In this document: piece after piece, positions 26,988 through 36,043 of the stretch
How positions within the stretch are numbered: position 1 is the stretch's first letter
Layout of the letters: every line of letters starts with the position of its first letter
Assembly: GCA_964247955.1 (NCBI GenBank)
Contig: CAXTWT010000002.1
Location: forward strand, 1 to 46,594
DNA length: 46,594 nucleotides
Source: an uncultured Bryobacteraceae bacterium
GTDB taxonomy: Bacteria; Acidobacteriota; Terriglobia; Bryobacterales; Bryobacteraceae
Reading direction: 5' to 3'
Position numbers and translations under genes: made by a program
The notes under the pieces: model-generated
Databases searched by the model: none
What the model was told of the DNA's origin: nothing
The model's input: only the letters and a program-made list of their open reading frames with translations

Positions 26988-29900
26988 ATGTCTTTTTTCG
27001 CGATTAAATATCCCTTCTTTATTTTGATGCTCTGTCTCATTGTGGTGGTTGTCGGCGTGACCACGATCTTCCGCATGCCGGTGGACCTTTTTCCCGAGGT
27101 CAACATTCCGGTCGTGGTGGTGGCGACATTTTATTCGGGCATGCCGCCCCAGCAAATCGAATCGAATATCACCAACAGCTATGAGCGCTTCTTCACCTTG
27201 GGCAGCGGCATCGATCACATTGAATCCCGCTCTCTCCCGGGCGTCAGCCTGATCAAGATTTTCTTCCAGCCCGGCGTCGATTCGAACGCCGCCGTCAGCA
27301 ACATTTCGAATCTCGCGATGGCCAATCTGCGCCGCTTGCCGCCCGGCACCTTGCCGCCCGTGGTCCTGAAATTCGATGCCTCCAATCTGCCGGTTTGCCT
27401 GATCACGCTGAAGGGGCAGGGGCTGAACCAGACCCAACTGAAAGATTTGGCCCAGTTCAGCGTTCGTAACCAGGTGGCGAACGTGCCCGGAGCTTCGGTG
27501 CCGCAGCCCTACGGCGGACGGTACCGGCAAATTATGGTCTATGTCGATCCGCTGAAGCTCGAAGCGCACCAGATGAGCGTCATGGACGTCGTCCACTCCC
27601 TTAATGAGTCGAATTTGATTCTGCCGGCGGGCGATGTGCGGATTGGCACCAAGGATTACAACATCTATGCCAATAGTCAGGTGCCGATTGTCAGTGAGAT
27701 TAACGATCTGCCGCTAAAAACGGTGGGCGCTGCGTCCGTGATGGTGGGAGACGTGGGAAAGGCCGTCGATGGCGGCCAGTTGCAAACCAACATCGTTCGC
27801 GTCGACGGGCAAGAGTCGGTGTACATTCCCGTCCTCAAGCAGGGAGGAAACTCCAACACCATCACGATTGTCAATGGCGTCAAGGAAGCGGTTTCCCATC
27901 TCCTCGACATTCCTAAGGTGCTGAAGACGGAAGTTGTTTTCGACCAGTCGGTTTTCGTCAAAATGGCCGTGAAGAATGTCATCAATGAGGGCGCCATTGG
28001 TCTCTGTCTCACGGCCCTGATGATTCTCCTGTTTCTCGGAAACGTCCGTGCGACCGTGGCGGTGCTGCTATCGATCCCCATCTCGTGCCTCGCCACCTTT
28101 CTCGGCCTGAACCTGGGCGGCAACTCCATCAACACCATGGTGCTGGGCGGTCTGGCCCTGGCGCTCTCCCGCTTGATCGATAACTCCGTTGTGGTGCTCG
28201 AAAACATCTTCCGCCATATGGAAATGGGAGAGGACCCGGTCACCGCCGCCGAACGCGGCGGCAAAGAGGTGCAGTTGGCGGTGCTCGCTGCCACCATCAG
28301 CACCTGCATTGTGTTTTTCCCGGTGGTCTTGCTCTACGGCGTCAGCAAATATCTGTTTACCGCGCTGGCCTTAGCCGTCGTGCTGGCGCTGTTCGCTTCG
28401 TATCTGGTCGCTATGACGGTCGTGCCTCTGTTCTGCGCCCGGTTCATACGGCTCGACCCGGCCCATGCCCACTCCGAGGCGCCGGCTCACCAGCCGGAGG
28501 GGAGCATTCAGAAGAAGCGCAGTCTCTTTGCAGTTATTGTCAATGGCTTTAATTCTGGGTTTCACCAGTTGCAATCCCGCTACAATTCCGCTATCGGCCG
28601 CTGCCTGGAGCATCCGATTCTGGTAGTCAGCGCGTTTAGTCTCTTTGTTGTCCTCAGCTTGGCATTTTACCCGGCGTTGGGTAAAGCCTTTTTTCCACGC
28701 ACGGACCCCGGCCAGTTCGTGGTGAACGTCAAAGTGCCTGCCGGAACACGCATCGAGGTTACGAACGATATCATCGCCCGCATCGAGCAGGACATCCGTC
28801 ACGTCGTTTCACCGGAAGACCTGAACATGGTGGTCTCGAACATCGGCATCACGCCCGACCTTTCGGCCATCTATACCTCCAACTCCGGCATGCACACCGC
28901 CTTTATTCAGGTAAGCCTCCAAGAGGAGCACAAAGTGGGCAGTTATGCTTACATGGAGCTCGTCCGCCGTCGGCTGGCCAGTGACTTTCCCGATGTGTCC
29001 ACCTACTTTCAGGCGGGCGGCCTGGTCGATTCGGTGGTCAATCAAGGCAAGCCTGCTCCGGTCGATATCCAAGTGGGCGGCAACGACTTACCGCAGGCTT
29101 TTCGCCTCGCGCAGCAGATCGCCGCTCGCCTCCATGGTCTTTCGACCGTGAGTGACGTGTTGATCCCGCAGGACCTCGACTATCCCGGCATTGAGCTGAA
29201 CATCAATCGCGAGCGGGCCAGCCTGCTCGGCATCACGCCGAAATCGGTTGTCGATAACGTGATTACCGCCCTCACTTCCGACGGCATGATCGCGCCCAGC
29301 TTCTGGGTCGATCCGAAGACCGGGAACAGCTACATGCTGACCGTGCAATATCCCGAGACGGAGATTCAGACCATGACGGATTTCAAACAAATCCCGCTAC
29401 GTTCCCCGGAAAGCAGGGAAACCACACCGCTCGAATCCGTCGCTGACTTGAAGCAGATCGACACGCCGACCGAAGTCGATCATTATCAGCTCCGCCGTCA
29501 ATTCGACATCTACGTCATGCCCAAGGCCGAGGACCTCAGCCGGGTCAATGCGGACGTAGTCTCCGTATTATCCAAGATTCGGAAGCCGGACGGCGTGACG
29601 ATCGGGGTGCGCGGCGCGGTCCTGGACATGCAACAATCCTTTGCAAGCTTCGGCATCGGTCTCGTCCTGGCTATCGTGCTCGTCTATCTCGTGCTCATGG
29701 CGCAGTTCGCCTCCTTCTCCGATCCCTTCATTATCCTGCTTGCTATCCCTCCAGGGCTCTCCGGCGTGCTGATCTTTCTGCTCGTCACAGGAACCACCCT
29801 GAACGTGATGTCGCTGATGGGCATCGTCATGATGACCGGCATTGCCGTGTCTGACAGCATCCTCATTGTCGAGTTTGTCGGCACCTTGCGCAAGGATGGC

Positions 29901-30158
29901 TTGCCGCTCAAAGAAGCGCTGGCCGAAGCCTGTAAAGTGCGTCTGCGCCCCATTCTGATGACCACGCTCGCCACCATTCTCGGCCTGATACCGATGGCGC
30001 TGGCGCTCGAGCCGGGAAGCGAGCAGTATGCTCCGCTCGCGCGCGCCATCCTCGGCGGCTTGTCTGTGTCCGGCGTTATCACCGTCTTTCTGGTACCCAC
30101 CGCTTACCTGTTGATGCATCGCCATGACAAGGATGTTTTGGCCCGAGAGGCTGCTTAG
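26988..30158 (+). CDS. RND multidrug/hydrophobe-amphiphile efflux permease (AcrB-like)
   Basis: 1056 aa with 12-TM RND architecture and two large periplasmic loops. It begins MSFFAIKYPFFILMLCLIVVVVG and has a conserved TM4 region LGGLALALSRLIDNSVVVLENI. Confidence 0.93.
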   Translation: MSFFAIKYPFFILMLCLIVVVVGVTTIFRMPVDLFPEVNIPVVVVATFYSGMPPQQIESNITNSYERFFTLGSGIDHIESRSLPGVSLIKIFFQPGVDSNAAVSNISNLAMANLRRLPPGTLPPVVLKFDASNLPVCLITLKGQGLNQTQLKDLAQFSVRNQVANVPGASVPQPYGGRYRQIMVYVDPLKLEAHQMSVMDVVHSLNESNLILPAGDVRIGTKDYNIYANSQVPIVSEINDLPLKTVGAASVMVGDVGKAVDGGQLQTNIVRVDGQESVYIPVLKQGGNSNTITIVNGVKEAVSHLLDIPKVLKTEVVFDQSVFVKMAVKNVINEGAIGLCLTALMILLFLGNVRATVAVLLSIPISCLATFLGLNLGGNSINTMVLGGLALALSRLIDNSVVVLENIFRHMEMGEDPVTAAERGGKEVQLAVLAATISTCIVFFPVVLLYGVSKYLFTALALAVVLALFASYLVAMTVVPLFCARFIRLDPAHAHSEAPAHQPEGSIQKKRSLFAVIVNGFNSGFHQLQSRYNSAIGRCLEHPILVVSAFSLFVVLSLAFYPALGKAFFPRTDPGQFVVNVKVPAGTRIEVTNDIIARIEQDIRHVVSPEDLNMVVSNIGITPDLSAIYTSNSGMHTAFIQVSLQEEHKVGSYAYMELVRRRLASDFPDVSTYFQAGGLVDSVVNQGKPAPVDIQVGGNDLPQAFRLAQQIAARLHGLSTVSDVLIPQDLDYPGIELNINRERASLLGITPKSVVDNVITALTSDGMIAPSFWVDPKTGNSYMLTVQYPETEIQTMTDFKQIPLRSPESRETTPLESVADLKQIDTPTEVDHYQLRRQFDIYVMPKAEDLSRVNADVVSVLSKIRKPDGVTIGVRGAVLDMQQSFASFGIGLVLAIVLVYLVLMAQFASFSDPFIILLAIPPGLSGVLIFLLVTGTTLNVMSLMGIVMMTGIAVSDSILIVEFVGTLRKDGLPLKEALAEACKVRLRPILMTTLATILGLIPMALALEPGSEQYAPLARAILGGLSVSGVITVFLVPTAYLLMHRHDKDVLAREAA

Positions 30159-30161
30159 TCC

Positions 30162-31550
30162 ATGCGCTCTTTTTCCCTCGCTGCCGCTCTCCTGCCCGTG
30201 CTCCTCGGGGCGCAAACGCCTTCTGTCTCTTTGCTGCCGGGTGCTCCCCTAACTCTTCTCGCGCCCGAGCCCGGTCAAACGGGCAATCGCAGCTCTGCTC
30301 CCGCGCCGCCGTCCACCAATCAGCCTCCTCTCCTCACCCGCCAGGAGGCCGAGAAAATAGCGTTGGCCAATAACCCACGGGTGAAAGTCAGCCTTCTGCT
30401 CGCCCGGGTGCAGGCGCAAGTTGTGCGCGAAACGCGCGCGGACGAACTGCCCAACGTCAACGGCGACCTGACCGCCGTCGAAGCCTTGCAGGCGAGCCGG
30501 CTCTCTTCCGGTTCCCTCACGTCATCCCGGTTACTCCAGCACGCCGGCATGGGAGTTGAACTGGACCAGCTCCTCACCGATTTTGGCCGTACCCGGAACC
30601 TGGTGGCCTCCGCCCGGCTGCGGGAGAAAGCTAGGCAGGCAGACGTGAACGCCACCCGGGAAGACATTGTGATAGCCACGGATCAGGTCTTCTTTCAAGC
30701 CATTGAGGCACAAGCCACGCTGCAGGTAGCGCAGGGCACCGTCGAGGCCCGGCAGACCCTCGTTGACCAAGTCACCGCGCTCACGGCCAGTCAGCTCAAA
30801 TCCGATCTCGACCTTAGTTTCGCCCAGGTCAATCTGTCTCAGGCGAAGCTCCTGCAGCTCAATGCGCAAGGCAACCTTGCTGCCGCGAAAGCAGCGCTGG
30901 CGGCCGTGCTGGGTTACGATCACCCGCTTGACTATCAACTGGTGGAGGAGACGGGCGATCTGCCCACACTGCCCCCTCAGGCCGATCAACTCATCACGGA
31001 CGCCCTGCAAAACCGGCCTGATCTGCAATCCCTGCGTTTCTCCGAGCAGGCTGCGCAGAAGTTCAGTTTGGCGCAGCGCGAACAACTGCTGCCCACGGTC
31101 AGTGCCCTGGGCGTGGTCGGTTATACGCCGTTCGGCTCCAGCCAATACTTCACCACCAACTGGTACGGTGCGATCGGTGTCAACATCAGTGTGCCGATCT
31201 TCAACGGCTTCCGTTACACGGCGCAAGCCGCCGAAGCGGCTCTCCAAGCCACCGCGCAGACCGAGCGCACTCGTGATCTTCGCAACCAAGTGGTCCGGGA
31301 CGCGCGCACCGCCTGGCTCAACGCGAACGCCGAACGGCAACGCGTCACCGTCACCGGCGAGTTGCTGAAACAGGCGAACGTAGCGCTCAGTCTGGCCCAA
31401 ACCCGATACCAGCTTGGCCTGAGCTCTATTGTCGAACTCAGTCAGGCACAGCTGCAGCAAACGCAAGCCGCCATCGACAACGCGAACGCCCGCGCCCAGT
31501 TCGGCTTAGCCTACGCCGATCTGCAGTTCCAGACCGGAGCCACCCGGTAA
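30162..31550 (+). CDS. TolC-family outer-membrane efflux protein
   Basis: 462 aa with a signal peptide and two OEP repeats (LTRQEAEKIALANNPRVK...; ...LITDALQNRPDLQSL..). It is the third gene of the pump operon. Confidence 0.9.
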   Translation: MRSFSLAAALLPVLLGAQTPSVSLLPGAPLTLLAPEPGQTGNRSSAPAPPSTNQPPLLTRQEAEKIALANNPRVKVSLLLARVQAQVVRETRADELPNVNGDLTAVEALQASRLSSGSLTSSRLLQHAGMGVELDQLLTDFGRTRNLVASARLREKARQADVNATREDIVIATDQVFFQAIEAQATLQVAQGTVEARQTLVDQVTALTASQLKSDLDLSFAQVNLSQAKLLQLNAQGNLAAAKAALAAVLGYDHPLDYQLVEETGDLPTLPPQADQLITDALQNRPDLQSLRFSEQAAQKFSLAQREQLLPTVSALGVVGYTPFGSSQYFTTNWYGAIGVNISVPIFNGFRYTAQAAEAALQATAQTERTRDLRNQVVRDARTAWLNANAERQRVTVTGELLKQANVALSLAQTRYQLGLSSIVELSQAQLQQTQAAIDNANARAQFGLAYADLQFQTGATR

Positions 31551-32177
31551 GCGAGTTTCGGCAAACGGAGACTTTGAGCCAGGACTCCTGACCAGCGGCA
31601 GAGAGATTCTGGCCTCGAAGCTGGAGATGCTGACGCTGCAGGCAGGCGCCCAGGATGCCACGCGTCTGCCCGTGAGACTCCGGGTGCCCCACAAAACACA
31701 AAGCGTGCGGGTGGTGGTGCAGATGGCGGACAATGAACGGCTTGGCACCGTGGAGCTGGACAGCAAAACACTGGAGGCGGCACCAGCGGTGCCGACGCTC
31801 GAGCCGAAGCTGGTTTCACGGCCGCTGGCACAGGAAACGCCAGCCGCCCCAATTTTAGGCGACCGGAGGCCCAGCCGGGGACGTCGCCGGAAAGAGAATT
31901 TAGGTTTTATCGGCGGGTCCGGGTTCCTGGCAAAAGTTTTTGGCTGCTGAACCAATGCACTCGGATCGGATAGACCGACCGGCCAGAACCCGGTATGAGT
32001 TTCGCGGGAAAACTTCGGCGGCAGGTTTCTTGCAGCCTGTAAACTTTTCCAAATACCAAAGCCTGTCACAGCCATCGCGTTAAGATCACGACCGTTTGCG
32101 TTTCCATAACTGAGTTCTGACAGATCCTTTGGAGAGTGCAGCACGACACCTCAGGGCTCGCACTGCTATAAAGGGGA

Positions 32178-33560
32178 TTGACGCCACCTTCCCTGCCGCT
32201 TCCCGCGAGCGGTGACAGGATTCCTTCCACCCTGGCTCGTCCTGGTGCCGCACGCTTTTGGCTCGCCGTGCTGCTGACCGGAACCGGCACGGGCCTCAGC
32301 GCGGCCGCCTTGACCCGGCTGCTCGAAGTGGTGCAGCGCTGGATGTGGAACGGCTCCGGCACGAATCTTCTGGACGCCGCCGAGCAGGCCGGGGCTTGGC
32401 GGCACATCCTCGTGCTGCTCGGAGCGGGACTGGTCACGGGCGCGGGACAAATCGTCCTGCGGCGCTTGTCCAGCGGTAACGGCATCGACACGACGGCGGC
32501 CATTTGGTTTCATGCCGGGCGTCTGCCCGCGTTCCGCACTCTGGGCAGCGCGGTGCTTTCTGTTCTCCTGGTGGGCATGGGCGTGTCGCTGGGCCGGGAA
32601 GGCGCGCCGAAACAAGCCGGGGCCGTGATTGCCAACTTCTTTTCAGACCAGGGGGCTTTGTCCGACGAGCAACGCCGGCTCTTGGTGGCCTGCGGTGCGG
32701 GAGCGGGCATGGGCGCGGCGTATGGCGTCCCCTTAGGAGGCGCTCTATTCGCGCTGGAGGTGATGCGCGGAGTGCTAGCCCTTCGATACGTGCTGCCCGC
32801 CCTTTTTGCGTCGGTGGTGGCCACAGCGGTCTCGTGGCTGACACTCCCGGACGCGCCCACCTATTTGATCCCTGCTTACTCCAGTTCCGTCTCGAGCGTG
32901 ATATGGGCAATGCTGGCGGGACCCATCGCGGGCGTGATTTCCGTCGGCTATGTGCGCCTGGTTGCTTGGGCCGACCGCCAGAAGCCGCAAGGCTGGCAAC
33001 GCTTGCTGGTGCCCCTACTAGGATTGGGGCTGCTCGGGGCCGTCTCGATCTGGTTTCCGCAGGTGCTCGGCAACGGCAGGGACATCTCCCAACTGGCATT
33101 CACAAACCAGGTGGCGCCCGCTTTGCTGTTAATCCTGCTCGTGCTGAAGCCCGCGATGATTCTATTGTGCATACGCAGCGGCGCACCCGGCGGCTTGTTC
33201 ACGCCTTCGCTGACGGTGGGCGCCTTGTTGGGCGCGGTGCTCGGCCACGCTTGGTCTTGGCTCTGGCCCGGCGTGCCTCTGGGCCTGTTCGCCGTGCTTG
33301 GGGCAGGCGCGGTTCTAGCGGCCACCACGCAAGGCCCGATCTCGACGGTGGTCCTGCTGATGGAGCTGACGGGCCGCGACCGGTCGTTCATCCTGCCGTT
33401 GTTGCTGGCCGTTGGCAGCGCCACGCTGGTGGCGCGAACTATCGAACCCCGCTCGATCTACGATGCACGCCTGACCGATCAGGAGATCGAGGCACGGCAG
33501 AAGTTACGCGAACTACCAGCCGGGCCGCCAGTTTCCGTCGAGCACAAGGACGCACCCTGA
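32178..33560 (+). CDS. ClC-family anion channel / H+-coupled antiporter
   Basis: 460 aa (TTG start, so the exact start is uncertain). Selectivity-filter segments are GNGID (32475-32489), GREGA (32592-32606), GVPLGGALFALEV and GGLFTPSL. Confidence 0.88.
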   Translation: MTPPSLPLPASGDRIPSTLARPGAARFWLAVLLTGTGTGLSAAALTRLLEVVQRWMWNGSGTNLLDAAEQAGAWRHILVLLGAGLVTGAGQIVLRRLSSGNGIDTTAAIWFHAGRLPAFRTLGSAVLSVLLVGMGVSLGREGAPKQAGAVIANFFSDQGALSDEQRRLLVACGAGAGMGAAYGVPLGGALFALEVMRGVLALRYVLPALFASVVATAVSWLTLPDAPTYLIPAYSSSVSSVIWAMLAGPIAGVISVGYVRLVAWADRQKPQGWQRLLVPLLGLGLLGAVSIWFPQVLGNGRDISQLAFTNQVAPALLLILLVLKPAMILLCIRSGAPGGLFTPSLTVGALLGAVLGHAWSWLWPGVPLGLFAVLGAGAVLAATTQGPISTVVLLMELTGRDRSFILPLLLAVGSATLVARTIEPRSIYDARLTDQEIEARQKLRELPAGPPVSVEHKDAP

Positions 33561-33730
33561 GCGTGATCGCGGTATAACTGCCGTATCCATTCCCGTCAGT
33601 TTATACAACTCGGCCGAGCGAGCCGACAGTATGGCCTCAATATCACTGCTAGGATGGCCGGTACGTCATGCAGGGCATGATGGTCCCGGCGATCGACAGA
33701 GCATGGTTACTTCCCTGGAAACAAGTTATT

Positions 33731-33886
33731 GGAGAGTGTAAAATTTTGGGAGCAAACGGACCTATTGATCAAGCGACTGAGGGCATCAGCGTGGATCGGA
33801 AAGCCGGGTCCTGTTTGTGAAACGTGTTTTCTCGTTCGTCATTGAGCACCCGAGTGTGTGTTTGCCCCCAAAATTTTACGCTCTCC
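33731..33886. mobile_element. MITE-like element: 27-bp inverted repeats around 102 bp
   Basis: ggagagtgtaaaattttgggagcaaac (33731-33757) versus the reverse complement of gtttgcccccaaaattttacgctctcc (33860-33886) matches at 25/27 positions. There is no ORF inside and no clear duplication. Confidence 0.55.
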
Positions 33887-33973
33887 TTTATGGCCAGAGT
33901 TCAGATGCCAATCCAGTTTCCTCGCCAGCTAACAAGCCGATTACCAAACTAACCCCTGTCAATCTTTGAAATG

Positions 33974-34004
33974 CATGACTGGGCCGCCGGTCCTGACAGT
34001 TTCC
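33974..34004. repeat. Solo IS6-type terminal repeat remnant
   Basis: catgactgggccgccggtcctgacagtttcc resembles the right end of the IS6 copy (gcatggtgtgccgccagtcctgacactttc, 2223-2252) in the same orientation. No transposase gene is attached. Confidence 0.5.
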
Positions 34005-34204
34005 TTTCCCACTACTGATGGCACACGTCGACGTATAGGCAGGGATGAAGTCACTCTGGCAGGCCGACTTTCCTGTGTCTGTTAGTTACCCCAGGGTGCT
34101 TGGACTGGCAAGAATTCCGACTGTGTCCTGGCACAGCGGAGAACAGTCCCGATACCCGTCGCTCTCCCGGTAACGTTATCCTTGTTATCCTATATAGCAG
34201 AACC

Positions 34205-34564
34205 GTGTTTCGTGCGTTCGCCCATTTGCTTCTTGTGTTGCTGCTCGTCACCACTCTGGTGGGGGGCGGCTGCCTTTCCTGTGAACAGTACTTTATGTTC
34301 GGAGGGCCGAAGAGCTGCTGTGCGCCCAATGGGCGTTGCAAAACGAAAGCTCCTGTAAAAAACGGCTTCGGTCGCGACTGTAAGCAGATCACTTTCGACC
34401 ATCAAAAGGGGATGGATCTTCCTTTTGATCTGCCGGTGGTGACCGTTGGCAGAAGGGAGCTACCTGTTTCCAGGACCAACTTTTTCCCACGCTGGTACGA
34501 AACGACCTCCGTCGCCCCCTCGCCCCCTGACTTGCAAGTCTTGCATTCCACCTTCCTGATTTAG
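34205..34564 (+). CDS. Small N-terminally anchored Cys-rich protein (uncharacterised family; paralogue of 41356..41730)
   Basis: Probable GTG start. It reads FRAFAHLLLVLLLVTTLVGGGCLSCEQ...SCCAPNGRC...DLPFDLPVVTV...LQVLHSTFLI*. Its architecture and C-terminus parallel the ORF upstream of the multicopper oxidase. Confidence 0.5.
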   Translation: MFRAFAHLLLVLLLVTTLVGGGCLSCEQYFMFGGPKSCCAPNGRCKTKAPVKNGFGRDCKQITFDHQKGMDLPFDLPVVTVGRRELPVSRTNFFPRWYETTSVAPSPPDLQVLHSTFLI

Positions 34565-34660
34565 TTTCTCCTTTCCACCCTCGACGAAGCGCTGGCAGAC
34601 TTGCGTCTACGCGTTTTGGCCTGCCACTTCGGCGGGCCAAAGCAAGGAAAGGAGAAATCT

Positions 34661-35518
34661 ATGTTGTGTTTCCGTACGACTCCGTGGGCGGTCGTAACCA
34701 TGGCCATGCTCGCGGTAGCGTTTCCTCTGGGTGCTGCCGATCATGGGCCGGTTTTTGGGCTGGCGACCCCGACCAATCCCCAAGGAGGGTGGAGTTTTGA
34801 TTTGGGTGTCAACGGGCGAGGGGGCACCAGCGGCATCAGTTCAACGCTGGAAGCAGAACTCACCTACGGTGTCACCCAGAACCTGAAGCTGGCCGTGTCC
34901 GCGCCGGTCGTGCTTCAGCCTGACCCCTACCCCCGTTCGTCCGTCACCATGAACACTCCCCTCAGTGGGGATTTCAGTGGCTTGGCCTGGTGGCGATTTC
35001 AGAAAAAAGATTTAGCGGGTAAGCGAGTGGAAAGTACCGTCGTAGGTGGCATCCTCGTCCCGGGGCCGCAGCCGGAAGACGGAGTCTATCGGGGCCTCCA
35101 CAGCGGCGTGGGATACCTGGTGGGCGGGGTAACGGGCGTGGCATCCCGCAGTCACTATGTGTGGGTCGGCGCCAGCTACCAGCGGTACGCGGAATCGCAA
35201 GGCGACCGCCGTCCCGATCTGCTCTCCTACACAGCAGTCTACGGTTATCGACCTCTCTCCTGGCGCACGGATTATCCACGTTGGGATTGGCGCCTCTTCG
35301 GGGAGCTGACCGGAGAGCACACCGGGACACTGCAGCGGCAAAGGATCGAGCTGCCCGGCAGTCGTGCCAATCAAATCTTTCTCGGCCCGAGCCTTTTGGG
35401 CGTTTATCGCGACATCGGCATCGAAGCCGGAATCCAGTTTCCCGTGTACCCCAATGTCGGGCCGCTCTACCCCCCCGAGCGCTACCGCTTCGCCCTCAAC
35501 TTTGCCTACTTCTTTTGA
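34661..35518 (+). CDS. Outer-membrane beta-barrel protein (possibly MetA/phenol-degradation-type channel family)
   Basis: ATG is preceded by aaggaaaggag. Signal peptide MLCFRTTPWAVVTMAMLAVAFPLGA, amphipathic strand pattern, and a C-terminal ..YRFALNFAYFF. Confidence 0.65.
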   Translation: MLCFRTTPWAVVTMAMLAVAFPLGAADHGPVFGLATPTNPQGGWSFDLGVNGRGGTSGISSTLEAELTYGVTQNLKLAVSAPVVLQPDPYPRSSVTMNTPLSGDFSGLAWWRFQKKDLAGKRVESTVVGGILVPGPQPEDGVYRGLHSGVGYLVGGVTGVASRSHYVWVGASYQRYAESQGDRRPDLLSYTAVYGYRPLSWRTDYPRWDWRLFGELTGEHTGTLQRQRIELPGSRANQIFLGPSLLGVYRDIGIEAGIQFPVYPNVGPLYPPERYRFALNFAYFF

Positions 35519-35530
35519 AAGGAATTTACA

Positions 35531-36031
35531 ATGCGAAAAAGACTCTCATTTCTCGTTTGTGCGCTCCTGGTAGCTGCCCTTCCAGGGCAGGCCGAGTTAC
35601 TGCAAGTGGATCTATCTATTTTCGGCATGGATTGAATGACCTGCGCCCACGTGGTCCACGTGGCATTAAAGAAAGTGCCGGGGGTGGAATCGGTCGAGGT
35701 GAGCTTAAATAAGGGGCTTGCGACCGTGAAGTTGAAGCCAGGGAATACCGTGGCCGTCCCACAATTCTGGCAACTGCTCCATGAGAAGGGATACACGCCG
35801 AAAACAACGGCGGTTTCCGTCCGGGGAGAACTGGCGGAGGGGCCGGGACACGTTCAACTGAGGGTGACGGGAACGAAAGATACCCTGGCGCTCGTAGCTG
35901 ATCCGAAGAATCCCGCCGCATATAACGAAGTTTCTAAGAAACTCGGCCAGACCGTCACTCTGCAAGGCGTGATGGTGCCGGGCAAGGACTTGAAAGCGGC
36001 CACGCCGCTTCAGGTCAGTCAGGTGAAGTAA
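35531..36031 (+). CDS. Periplasmic MerP-like heavy-metal-associated (HMA) protein with in-frame TGA at the first metal-binding Cys (candidate selenoprotein, or pseudogene)
   Basis: MRKRLSFLVCALLVAALPGQA (signal peptide) ELLQVDLSIFGMD-[TGA 35633-35635]-MTCAHVVHVALKKVPGVESVEVSLNKGLATVKLKPGNTV..LLHEKGYTPK aligns column for column with MerP (TVTLSVPGMTCSACPITVKKAISKVEGVSKVDV...). The ORF track only sees 35636..36031. Confidence 0.7.
35647..35663 (+). other. SECIS-like hairpin 11 nt downstream of the in-frame UGA
   Basis: CCACGUGG-U-CCACGUGG. Pairs are C35647-G35663, C-G, A-U, C-G, G-C, U-A (and possibly G-C), with an apical GGUCC/GUC loop. G35645-C35664 can extend the stem with one bulged C. Confidence 0.55.
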
Positions 36032-36043
36032 AGGAAAAAATAC

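Noticed and set aside
31551-31950. ORF 31627..31950 (open further upstream), reading ..LTLQAGAQDATRLPVRLRVPHKTQSVRVVVQMADNERLGTVELD.., vaguely like the C-terminal beta-sandwich of acidobacterial VWA-type proteins.
   Set aside because: It has no start context, its tail is low-complexity Arg-rich, and there is no upstream remainder of such a gene. At best it is a gene fragment, and I cannot support it as a feature.
31951-32177. A possible fluoride riboswitch upstream of the ClC gene.
   Set aside because: I could not find the conserved GGnGAUGG...CUGAUGA-type core by eye. A covariance-model scan would be needed to be certain.
26916-33577. Many long overlapping alternative-frame and antisense ORFs (for example 26916..27596, 27677..28309, 29568..30215, 30531..31466, 32434..33099, 32504..33577).
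   Set aside because: They lie entirely inside well-supported RND, TolC and ClC genes and have Arg/Pro/Gly-rich low-complexity translations typical of off-frame GC-rich DNA.
33561-33730. Short frames in the gap after the ClC gene (for example minus-strand ..SSDIEAILSARSAELYKLTGMD..) that might be a toxin-antitoxin or integrase remnant.
   Set aside because: They have no start or stop structure and no motif I can name, and they partly run antisense into the ClC 3' end.
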